DNA of 63,035 nt, filler included, from Dugesia japonica (Eukaryota): NCBI GenBank assembly GCA_001938525.1. It is 6 parts of 6 records of this genome, joined end to end, with 100 filler letters (N's around TTAATTAATTAA, not from the genome) between each part and the next. Parts side by side here need not be neighbours in the genome. Positions count along the whole stretch, not along the records: positions 1 to 11,019 come from MQRL01601317.1; 5 more parts are not named here. One strand, written 5' to 3'. Shown one piece after another: positions 1 to 11,119 of this stretch. The notes under the pieces are model-generated. The model saw only the letters and a program-made list of their open reading frames with translations. It was not told the DNA's origin and did not search any database. Numbering within the stretch: position 1 is the stretch's first letter; each line of letters starts with the position of its first letter. Both the position numbers and the translations under genes were made by a program.

Positions 1-69
1 ATAATAATACCCATAATAATAATAATAATAATAATAATAATGTTTATAAAAAGAAAAAAAATAGAATTG

Positions 70-770
70 ATAGTCGAAATGTTTCCAGGTTTGCTGTTAA
101 CTAAAATGACATTAACAATTGTTACTAAGTGTCACCCGTAACCATAACATCGGTATTTATCTTTATAAGAATATTATCAGCAATTCCAAGAACGTTAGCA
201 GGGATGATAATGAAATTAACAAAAATATCATTCGTTTTGATAAAAGTCATTTCTTTAGGAATTTCCGTGATTTAATTCTTCGCGCGTTATCGTTGCTTAG
301 AAATAACTCAGTGTGTGCATAATTATGACAGTCTTCGTTAAGCTGTGTGCCTGCTCAGTTGGTTGTAGGTGTGCTTAGTGGATCTATCGATTTAACAACG
401 GCATTATCTCTATGTGATGACATATTTATCAGTGTCAATACTTATTACCAACATGCTAATTACACCTCATAATTCTAATGTGTTAGCTGGATTTTCTGAA
501 AAGAGAAAAAATTTCTGGTAGTTAAATTCATTCTACCCTGAGTGGATTTATCGAATTCGTTATTGGTAGACTTTAGTTAACATAATTAATGATCTTCTCC
601 TTACAGACATGCCTGGAATTATTTAAAATTTGGATTAATCGAGGTATTTTATTAGTTATTGTTGTTTGTGTTCGTTTTAAATAAACGGTTGTAATTACAG
701 TGGGGTTTTTCTTCAATTTTAGTACTATAGATTATCGTGTGGATTTATCTGTTTTCTACATTTATTGCCA
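70..770 (-). pseudogene. Degenerate ORF remnant just downstream of the LTR/PBS (possible first ORF or gag of the LTR element)
   Basis: ATG at 770 (MAINVENR*...) about 30 nt after the PBS-like site. Broken coding-like stretches (NEDCHNYAHTELFLSNDNARR; NDIFVNFIIIPANVLGIADNILIKINTD). No recognisable domain. Confidence 0.3.
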
Positions 771-815
771 TAACCAAAGAAAACGAACTGATTCGACTTT
801 TGTGTCAAGCCCCGA

Positions 816-2070
816 TGTTGATAACTTGACTCGGATAGAATCTAGTCTGATCAAATCATTTTCCTGAGTCTGGCTTATTTAAAGTGATGAGGGATTAAAG
901 TGAAAACTACCTCTATTTTCATAAAATAAAAAAAATATTTTTTTATAATATAGAAAGTAAAACTTCGTTATTCTAGCAATTTTTATAACCTATCAAAAAC
1001 GATGAATATTTATAAAATAACAGTCAAAATTATTTTAACATAGCTAATTTTATTAAAATAAATTATATTCCATTTTTCACATCCTATCCGTTTAACATAA
1101 TTAAAATAATAATTTTACTTATTCGTTCGAATAAAAGGATTCCTGCAACGGGTTTCTTTTCGTGAACAAATACTACTAATTTGGCAGTTCCTAGGATTGA
1201 ATCTGGAATTCTTCGACTTTCCTTTTTTATTATTTTCTGTTATAGCACGCTACTGTTGANNNNNNNNNNNNNNNNNNNNNNNNNNNNNNNNNNNNNNNNN
1301 NNNNNNNNNNNNNNNNNNNNNNNNNNNNNNNATGCAGTTCACAATCAGGTTTACACAGAAAATTCCTTTTGCGTTTATGAGAGTACAAAAGTTAATGTTT
1401 TGTTTTCGAAATTAACTAACTGTTTTCTGCTAAATTTAGGGGTCCTTTTATAGGGTTTGCCTCACACCCCAACTTCTTCTAGATTTGCTGATTATTTTTA
1501 GATCAGCCTTTTCCTGATTCTATTGGCTCCAATGCCACTTCTCCAAAATTTTCTACAAGTTTTGGTGCCGCAATTGATAGCTATTTTGATCATGACACCT
1601 GACATTTGTGTCTTTGTTCTATTTTTATTTTTAGGTCTCATTGGCTCGATTTTGGAAGCCTTACCACTCTGGATGGTGGTAAGTTTTTGCTTCCTCGCAA
1701 TTCTAATGCGTCTTGTTATCTACTTTCCGTATTTTCTTTCCTGGATTTCTTCCGACTTTCATGACCAGAGTTATTTGCACAAAACAGATTTTGTCCCAAT
1801 TTTAATTAATTTTTCTGTTTCAATTTATTATTATTTTCTTGTAATTATTTCTTCTATTATTTATTTTCTTTAATAACTTTATTAATTTTGTGATTATTAT
1901 GATTAATCACATTTAATTCGATCTTCTGAATTTCCCATTTAATATCATTGCCTGGATTTTCGTACTTGTTTTTCTTAACATGTTTTATTCTGTACTTTCC
2001 ATCTTGATATTGGGCCATTCATGACCCCTTTCGATCTTGCTTTCATTCCTCTGGTTGTTTCACCCCAACA
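816..2070 (-). mobile_element. Long (~1.25 kb) LTR of a Ty3/Gypsy-type retrotransposon
   Basis: On the minus strand it starts TGTTG (2070) and ends CAACA (816), with TATAAAAG at 1452-1445. It is preceded by purine-rich GGGGGATAGGTG (PPT-like, 2082-2071) and followed by TCGGGGCTTGAC (815-804), resembling the tRNA-Pro PBS TGGGGGCTCGTC. Confidence 0.6.
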
Positions 2071-2434
2071 CACCTATCCCCCGATTTACATGGAAGATCG
2101 GAAAATCGAAATTTTGGTTTTTAGTATGTAAAACCGTGTAAATCGAAAAAACCCACTAAAATATGGATAATTTCGACATTTAATTAAGTTAAAAATTAAT
2201 TAATTATTCGTTCTACAACCACAATATTTTTATCAGGTCTCTCATTTAGTTCTCGAATTTTTAATATTAAATACAAAATAGCTGTAACTACTTTATTTTT
2301 GTTTATTCCCTCTTTCATTATTGTTTTTAATACTTTATAATCATCAATTTCTGGATTGTTATTATCAATTTATTCACTTCGTTTATTATAAGTTTCATGT
2401 CTTCATAAATCATTATTGCTCTATTTTATACAAT

Positions 2435-2692
2435 CTAGGTTATACAATCATATAAATCGGCATGCACTAACTTGATTAGACTTATAAGTCCTTTATCTGA
2501 TCCAGCTGATGCTTGTTCATCATATCTCTCTGATATATTATTTAAATGTTCAACTTGCATTTTTTCTGGTATTACATCCTCTGATTTTGGTCTACTTACT
2601 TCTTGATCTTTTGTAATCTGACGCTCTGTCTTTAAATATTTTTTGTCTCGGGATCTCGCTTCTTTTATTATTTGGTGTTGATGGTCTTTCAT
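2435..2692 (-). pseudogene. Short charged ORF directly downstream of a second LTR-like segment (possible gag N-terminal remnant)
   Basis: 85-aa ORF starting 14 nt past the CCAACA end (2706) of an LTR-like repeat; no diagnostic motif. Confidence 0.3.
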
Positions 2693-2705
2693 CCCTCGTG
2701 CTCGA

Positions 2706-3419
2706 TGTTGGTAATGGAAATAAAAATAATAAATTTATAAAAGTAATAAAATAATAAAAATATAAAATAATTAATATGAAAATTCAATGTCAAATAGGAT
2801 AATTGGATGGATTTTCTCTGATCTTGGATGGGTTTGAATTCGAATATTGATTTGAGATTGATTGTTTATCTGAATACTTGTTATATTTGTGTGTGTATGT
2901 TTATATGTATATTTACAAATCAAACCTCAACAATTTGATGGTTCGTAAATTGAAACTATAGATGATTATTGATTTAATAATTTATTTTACATGCTTGATA
3001 TTATTGTTGTTTGTTAATACACTATTATATAAATGTAATATATAGGGTATTATAATGCAATAACTGCATAATATAAATAACGAAGATAATACCTTTGATA
3101 ATAATTTATTTAGATGATAAGTTTGAAATCACTTAAAAACTTATTAGCGAAATTTTAAATGAAACTGGAGCTGCTGCCCTTAGAAACGACAATTTTTGAC
3201 AAAAAAATTACTGAAACATTAGTATTTATACCGAATCTGTTCAAGATACACATATGGTGTTTGTAGACAGTTATAAAAATTATTTATAAAATAAAATCAA
3301 ATTTACAAATATTTAAATAATTTCAAATAAATTTCATTATAGATTTAAAAATAAAAATTGCTACATACATTTCAATGTCTTAATTATTTATATTCTTTTG
3401 ATTTGAAGATAAGATAACA
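2706..3419 (-). mobile_element. LTR-like segment (family B, copy 1)
   Basis: TGTTG...TAACA termini; minus-strand TATAAATA near 3230-3223; shares CTGGAGCTGCT..GACAATTTTTGAC..GAATCTG with 3785-3870. Boundaries approximate. Confidence 0.45.
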
Positions 3420-3517
3420 TTGATTGTTTATATTCATTAATTCACATTAATTCGAAGACAATTCGATAAAATTAATTGTTAATATAAATCCGAATCGTAT
3501 AATCAAATTGATGACAT

Positions 3518-3899
3518 TGTTGGGTATTTCCACTCAACAAAGTGATATTAATACTATACCTAAATAAAATAAATTGATGATTTTAGGTATATTGATTTTA
3601 CCCTTGAGTGTATGTAGATACGATAATATATAAAGTATATATTACTACAATTTATAAATAGGGTAATATAGTGTATTGCTTTCCATATATAAGTAAACAA
3701 AGATATACCTTTAAATAAATTTTTTTGGTGTATAAATCAATATTGCTTACAATAAAACCTTATGGAGCTAGAATTATGATGAACCTGGAGCTGCTTCCCA
3801 TAGAGATCAGAGTCCAGATGACAATTTTTGACTGAAAATCTACTAAAAAAGATCAGTATACTGAATCTGAATCAATAGGCCGATATAGATATCTTAACA
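3518..3899 (-). mobile_element. LTR-like segment (family B, copy 2)
   Basis: TGTTG...TTAACA termini and internal homology to 3165-3240; no clean TSD. Confidence 0.4.
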
Positions 3900-4683
3900 C
3901 TTCATGGATCAATTCAACATTCATGTGAAATGTGAGGATAATTTTAGTAAAAAATAGAACCCGAAATAATGTCAATTGCAGTAATCATTCTATTAATAAT
4001 ATCCACAAAATACAACAATTATATTCCTTGCGACATAGTTGATAACGCGAACATTGCTAATCCCGATGTAATTCCTTGTTCAGCTTTTCTAAAAACTCCA
4101 TGATCAGCTACCAGACCATGGGTATAATTAATTTCATTTTAACATATATTGGTATTCCATAGTGCATTTACAGTAGTGGCATATTCTGTACAGACATGCA
4201 TAAAAATGGAGACACCAAGAATAACTGGTTAGTTGATTCTTCGTTGGTAATTTCTGTAGAAGAACGATTCCGAGAAAAAAATCTGAAAGTACTGGTTATA
4301 AAATATGATGTGCTTAATTACTCAATCATTAACGAGGAACTAGACGCTATCGATATATAACAACTGGTGACTATATAATATCAGAGAGAAATATGACAAC
4401 GTGACTCATCTATGATTGTGAATGCCTGTTGTTTGTAAATTATGTTTCTCTGCTCGATGAATCCGAGGTCAATATAACATACATGGGACCTCGATTAATG
4501 ATACTGTCGCAACAACGGCATAGTACAATATTTCAGTGTGGCCAAAATCCAGCAATAATAGTGTTGTAAATACCGGAATGTAGTCGTGTTTGATCATGAA
4601 TAGCCTTGCTAATTTCTAATTTGCGTATAATCGATTCTATAACAAAAATCAGTATGTAAATTCTCAGGTATTTTTCATTATGC

Positions 4684-4828
4684 ATGACAAATATCATATA
4701 ACTAAATTAAATTTCACAGAACTAATTGAACTCAACAGGTTTTCTACCATATATGACATAGCTAAATTAAATTTAACAGCATTTCTAACATAATGACATA
4801 ACTAAATTAAATTTAACAGAATTTCTAC
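4684..4828. repeat. Three imperfect copies of ATGACATA(A/G)CTAAATTAAATTT(A/C)ACAG
   Basis: Directly visible repeats at ~4695, ~4753 and ~4793. Confidence 0.75.
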
Positions 4829-5229
4829 TCACTATTTAATTTATTTATTTTCGAATTCTGCAACGGAATATTCAAATATCGTCAGTGGTGTAGATTGAGA
4901 TCGTTACTGATTCCTTGTTCAGATTTTCTTTGAAAAAAAATTAGTTCTGATTTATTTATAATATTTTTACTTTGTTACTCTCTTAGATATGGTTCCGTAA
5001 GTTCAGTTTTCTTCTTATCACGAATTGCTCTAATTAAATATGCGACTTCTCCAATAATTTTGTATATGGTTAATAACGTACAATACTTTTTCTCTGATAG
5101 AACTGTTAGAGTGTTGTAACAGTGGTTAATTCAAGGTTTTGTTATTATTTTGACTAAAATCATTGTTTTTTTATATGATTTCCCGATGCAACTCGGCATC
5201 ATTGTAATTGAGTTTCTATTTTTAATTTG

Positions 5230-6162
5230 AATCTCTGGTTTCCAATAGGCGATGGTACCAATTTTCCAATTTTTTTACAGAGTTTTAGAACTCACATTGG
5301 TGTCTGTTTTTGGAGTGACATGTGATTGTCATTTCTTTGTTCTGTTTTTATTTTTCGGCCCCTTATTGGCCCATTCGGAAAGCAATGTCTTCGGGTGATA
5401 ATCTTATTTGCTGTCTATTTGTTATCTAAAAACGCTCTCGGGTATTTGGCGGTTTGATATACATATGAGCAGTTTTGTATGTTAATCTTATAAACAACGA
5501 GATTGTATCTTTCTTGGTCTTTGATTTGACTACGAATTCTTTGTTAAATTCGAATTTTATCTAGGATCTTTATGTCATATCATATTAGTTTGATTAGTCT
5601 ATTCTTTTGTTTAACTGGGAGTGGTTCATAACTAATGGTTCGAATGTCGTTATTCATTTGCTTTATGGATATCGCGTCATGTTGTATACACACTGTAGAG
5701 TATTCACTGATTGGGTTACCTCTGCCAGGCGTATCTATCTGTTGCATGGCTGGCTTTAGATGTGCAAGTCGAATGCAGTTATTGTACGGCATCTTTATTA
5801 ATAATGTTAGTTGTACGAATTGACCTATTATTGGATTTTTTGTGGTAACTGAATTCGGCTTTTACTAGATTTCAACTAATTATCTTATATGATCTGCAAG
5901 AAAGGCGTGGTAAGTGTCGGAAAAGGTTTCGTCGAAGTATTGAGTAATACATTCGAACAAAAATAATGTCCGCATTGTGCTATTCTAGGTAGTACAGTCT
6001 GGTCATAGCATAAGGGACACAGTGGGTCTTGTAAGTATTGTAATTATTGCGATGTCACGCTAACTGTATTCAAAGGGATTTTTATACCTCTGTTTTTCAT
6101 ATAATGTGATTCGTGCACTATTTTGTAGAAATATTTGTCTCTATTGAAAAGCTAGGTCCATT
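5230..6162 (-). pseudogene. RNF10/Mag2-like C3HC4 RING E3 ligase, frameshifted and stop-disrupted
   Basis: Collinear minus-strand blocks: QIFLQNSARITLYE (cf. RNF10 ELFLQANCQFVV); CPLCYDQTVLPRIAQCGHYFC/ECITQYF...SCRS (cf. [29 protein letters not shown]...CPIC); KNPIIGQFVQLTLLIK (cf. HQYVVGDTITMQLMKR); CSYVYQTAKYPRAFLD at 5471-5424 (cf. CYYFYQAEDGQHMFLH). A TTTCAG acceptor-like site precedes 6162. Reference motifs are from memory. Confidence 0.72.
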
Positions 6163-6289
6163 CTGAAAGATAAATATTAAATATTTATTTATATTACTAT
6201 TAATGGCGATTAATACTGTTATTATAAATATATATTTGCATGTTTGTTTTACTGCTTTGTGTTGTTAATGGTAAGTAACACACCTCCCT

Positions 6290-6780
6290 GTTCCATGGCT
6301 ATTGTATTAAATAATGAGTTCTCTACTTTAACAGTTTTTCACCTTCTATAGCCGTCCATCTGACTAATTTCTTTTCAAATTTCAAATATATGTCCGCTGG
6401 TATTTCTTGTTAGTGGAGTTCTCCCTATTTTATCATGTCTCCTGGTTTTCTCGATACAGGTGCTTCCTGGTTTAGGCTCGATTTTACATGTTCATATCTC
6501 TGGATATCTAGTCTTGCTGCCTCTTCATCATCTGAATCCGAAAAGCTATAATTTCCTTTTTCGTCATTTGTTGCTTTTGACTCTTCCTAAGTGATATATA
6601 AGTTTCCGTTTCTTCGTCTTCTGAGTCACAGTTTAATATCCATATAATGCTCACTGGTTTTATTGTTTCTCTAATAGCAATTTCATTTAAGGTTTTGAGT
6701 CTCCTCGTGGTTGTGTATTATTTATTCTTCCTGTTTGTAAGGAATCCTTACATTCTTGTTGGATATTTATCTGTTTATAA
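6290..6780 (-). pseudogene. Degenerate acidic ORF remnant upstream of the RNF10-like gene
   Basis: Coding-like composition with fragments such as YSFSDSDDEEAARLDIQRYEHVKSSLNQEAPVSRKPGDMIK; several stops and frameshifts. Confidence 0.35.
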
Positions 6781-9700
6781 GTTATTTTAATCAGTGTTAT
6801 TCTTTTTATCATAAAATTATCATAATCCGCACAATTTACATGTCATTTTATTAAGGTAAATACATCAAGTCTATTTATTTACATATTAAATACATCAAGT
6901 TTTTTTATTTACATATTAATTTAATTAATTTATACTAATTACAATAAATTACTAGCAAACTTGATTAATTCATAATCAATTTCAGTAATTATTGTATTCA
7001 TTTTATCAAAATACATCAAATTTTATACAATTATATACACATTTTATTAAGTTTTTCCAAAACACGTCAATTTCTTTGAAATGAACACTATATTATTTGA
7101 CTTCTAGAGAGTAATTTAGTTCATTGGTTACTATTATAGTCCATCACAATTCACTCAATAGTGATTAAAAGCCAATCATAGGCTTTTGTTGGGCTGGAAC
7201 ACAAAAAATTGTGAAATAATAGAAGATGTAAAGATTGGCCAGAGTTGCGGAAAATAGAGAAAAGTAAACACAAAATTGATGGTCTGGACCAGAAAATTGA
7301 TTATTATCCACAGGAAAATTATTATTATTATTATGGTCATTATTATTATAATTATTATGGGAATATTGCAAAATAACGGAAAATAAAAATTGGTTCGTGT
7401 CACAAAATTGAAAATTATATGAGAAGAAAGGAAAAGAAAAAGTTAATAATAAAAATAAAATACGATAATATAATAATTTATTAAAGGGGTCTCTACGACC
7501 AAATTTCATTATTATAATAACGCTGTATCGCGTTTAATATTAATTATTATTCTTTAATTAAATTGTTCCAGTCATCAGTCCTTGTCTAGCTGACGAAAAA
7601 TATAACGAAAATCATCAGCAGATTAGCTGAATCATTTTCTGCTAGACAAAGACTTCTCAGTAACAACCAGAGGTCACACAAAGTGACTGACTGGAGAAAT
7701 CAAGTACATTAAAGTTGGTGTGTGAGCAACACCCAACGAAGAACAACTCGATTTCCGAACCTATGTCGTCCAATCAAAAAGCCAGATTTGACTTAAATTG
7801 AAAATGATATACGAACAAATAGTGGAATGAAAGTTGTAGGGCAAACGAGAAATTAACCTCGTTTGCACCGAGAAAATAGTCGGAAATTCGAATCAAATTT
7901 TTTTGTAAAATTTACATTAGTGATCACAGTAATTTACGTTAAATTTATCCACAATTGTTATCTTGACATCGTCAAATTAAAACAGATATTTTAGCAATCA
8001 TTATTGGAGCACGGAAATCTATCAGAAGTAATTAAATTTATTATTTACCAGTATTCATTGTTGTAATATCATTATTTACATGTAAACTCCGAGTGTCCTA
8101 AGTGGAGGTCGTGTTCCCGTACAGACAATGAAAAATGAAAACATGAAACGAGTAAAAGTGTCGAGCAGAAATTCTGAGAAATGATATAATGAAAATGAGT
8201 AAAATGACGATCAGAGATTATGAGAAATGTAACTATAAAAATAAGAAAAGGTTATTCCGAGATGAGGGAAACGAAACCATGGAAAGAGGCAAAATCGCCA
8301 ATAGAAAATAGTCCTGGGGGATCAATGTGAAAACGTCCAATAAGTGAATCAGAATTAACAGGATTCCTCGCAGAAATTGAATCGGGAATACCCAGAAATT
8401 TTATGACCAACATCCCTACAGAATTGATTAGCAGTTCGGGAATTGAGTTTCGGTCTGAATGGTAGCGTCGAATGGGAGCTCGCCGACTAAAATAAATTGT
8501 CTAAATAATTATCGGATGTTTTATTTTTGTTAATTATTCTTGTTAATTATTCATTGACCTCAGTTATTAATACAAATTTTTTTTATTATTGTTGTTATTG
8601 AATTTTAATTAGTTAAGTCGTCAAATGCCAAATATCGTTGATTATTGTAGTGCCATTATTTTAATTAAATTGATAATCATCGTTACAAACGAATTTCTCT
8701 AAATTTTAATTCAATAATTCCCTGTCAAAGGTGAAATTGTTTTGTTTAATACTTAATGCTCTTATAACAGAATGATTGAAGCGTAGGAGATTGATAACAG
8801 GGAATCATCTAAGAATTCCTGAAGATGGTGACGAGAGAGGACAGTGGTTTACCGCTGACATCTTCTCTTGTTCGCTCTCTAGGAACGGGGAACAAGAGCA
8901 AATAGGCCACAATCCGAAAAAACGTTTTATTAATTAAATCTAATTTTTTTTATTTATGAATCTCATTTAGTAGTGTTATAACAAATTTTGTTAAATTTTA
9001 TTTGTCGATGAAAAATTACCATAATGAATGTTTTACTGAGCATAGAGAAAGTTTTTACTGTCAGGTTTCACAGATTTAATGAATAAGACGCGATACCGAA
9101 AAGTCGCACTGAACCCGTAGAAAAAGGGGCATGTCTAAGAGGTGATATAAATACTTGTGGTTTTTAGGTATGCCCCTAGACATGCAAATGAATTAGTGAT
9201 AATTAAAAACGAGATAAGTGAATTCGAAGAGAAATTTTAAAACATCAAATCCTAAAAACCCGACAAGTGTTTTGGGGTGCTCAAAAAAATGAAATCTGTT
9301 TCAATTGAATAAAATAGACAGCAATCAATAGGGAATAAAATAATGAAACGAAATTTGAATACAAAATTGTTGTGTATAAATCATATGATAGAAAAAAGCT
9401 GATTAATGAATCGAGAATGTTAAGATGTAGAAATTTATCATTAAATTGGTATGAAATCGGAATAATTAAAATAAACGATTATTTAGAAGTCGACATTTTG
9501 TGAATTGATAAAATGATACCGGAAGTAAATCGAATTAACGAAATAATTGATTCTTTGAAAACCGAAATTTTGGGAATCGATAAAATTATAGCAGAATTTG
9601 ATAAATATAGAAAATTTCAGGTCATAAGTTATGATTTAAATTGTTTCGGGAGCACGATCATCGGTTCAGCTTAAAATTTTATTTATTAAATATTTATGAA

Positions 9701-11019
9701 TTCTTAAAAAACTTATGAGAAAAAGAGCACTCGGATCATGTAAGGTTTTTATTTTAATTTGTGCATTTTTTAATAATTTGCGTAATTTTGTGAGTTAATA
9801 TTTTATTAATGTACCGTTTAACATGCGCAGTATAATTAATAACTTATTTTATTATTGTTCGGCCAGTAAATTTTAATAATTAATTTTAGTAAATGATTTT
9901 AATAAATGCATTTTAGTAAAATTTGAGTAAGGTTTGATAAATAGCTTGATTAAAGATGAAATTTTGGTAATGATTTTAGTAATAGTTTGGGTAATATTAG
10001 AATAATGATTTTTATACTGGAAATACTTTTATATTTTATATTTTAATTGTTATATATTATTAATATTATATAAATACTTTAAAATAAATTCGAATATAAT
10101 TGATGTAAATTACATAATTAAAACAAAGTAAAATTTTAAATATTTGGATTTTTTAGTTTTATTTTTATTCGTATAATATTATAGATAATTTAAAATAAAC
10201 TAGTAAATAATAATCATTAAAGTAAAATCAAAGTGCAGTAAAAGTATTAAGTAGTTTGGTGCATAATATTAGTTAACATAAACACGCAGAGAAATAGAAA
10301 AATGGCATGCAATCAAGTAATTAATGTTGATGAGAGACTTTTTGAGTAAAATCAAATGAACGAAATTCAAATAAACTAATGATTTAAATGTAAATAAATT
10401 TATAGTTTTTCTTTGGTGTATTGCGTGACGAAAAAATTATCCTGATAAAAAATAAAAATAATTAGCTTCGTTAAGATAATCAGGTGTTCTGATGATTAAA
10501 TATTAAACAATCGAATAGTGTATAGCGAAATACTAAATTATCTTAGTCGATTGTCAGAATTTCTGTTAAAATAGAGTAATTCAATATAACTGAATGATAA
10601 ACTGGGTCGAGTCAGGATTAAATATTTAAAAGAAAGAGGTTAACTAAAGTAATTAAAAAATTAATAGAGAATAAAACTCTTTGGACACTTTAAATTACCT
10701 GCCACTTCAGAATAAACTTATGAGAATAATGTTAAAACAAATCAAAGCATGCAAAGTAAATGAAATATAGGAGGTCCGATTAATTCTCTGACAGAAATAA
10801 ACCAAATTTTGCGAGGTCTATGGATATCCGTGTGACTCCATGATGAAATCGATCAAGCATTAGGAAATCTAGAAGATTCACGACTTTAAGATGAATTAAA
10901 TTTGTATTCAGAGAATCTGAGAGACTTCGCGACAATAAAAGGAAATGAATCCAATTTCAGGATTTTGAATTTGATATTGTTGAATTTTCTATTGAATTAT
11001 TAAATTGAGAATAATTTTG

Positions 11020-11119
11020 NNNNNNNNNNNNNNNNNNNNNNNNNNNNNNNNNNNNNNNNNNNNTTAATTAATTAANNNNNNNNNNNNNNNNNNNNNNNNN
11101 NNNNNNNNNNNNNNNNNNN
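11020..11119. other. Artificial scaffold-joining spacer
   Basis: 44 N + TTAATTAATTAA (stops in six frames) + 44 N. Confidence 0.97.

Noticed and set aside
1523-1873. 116-aa hydrophobic 'membrane protein' ORF
   Set aside because: It is the antisense of an A-rich LTR; the hydrophobicity follows from T-rich codons.
7165-7509. Overlapping 114- and 75-aa ORFs with poly-Asn/poly-Ile
   Set aside because: Produced by (ATT)n low-complexity sequence.
7581-7650. Canonical hammerhead ribozyme
   Set aside because: The core words are present, but stem II cannot pair and the cleavage-site spacing is wrong; kept only as a structured-RNA candidate.
8460-8476. TGGTAGCGTCGAATGG as a tRNA-Met(i) PBS
   Set aside because: Only a partial match and not preceded by an LTR-terminal CA.
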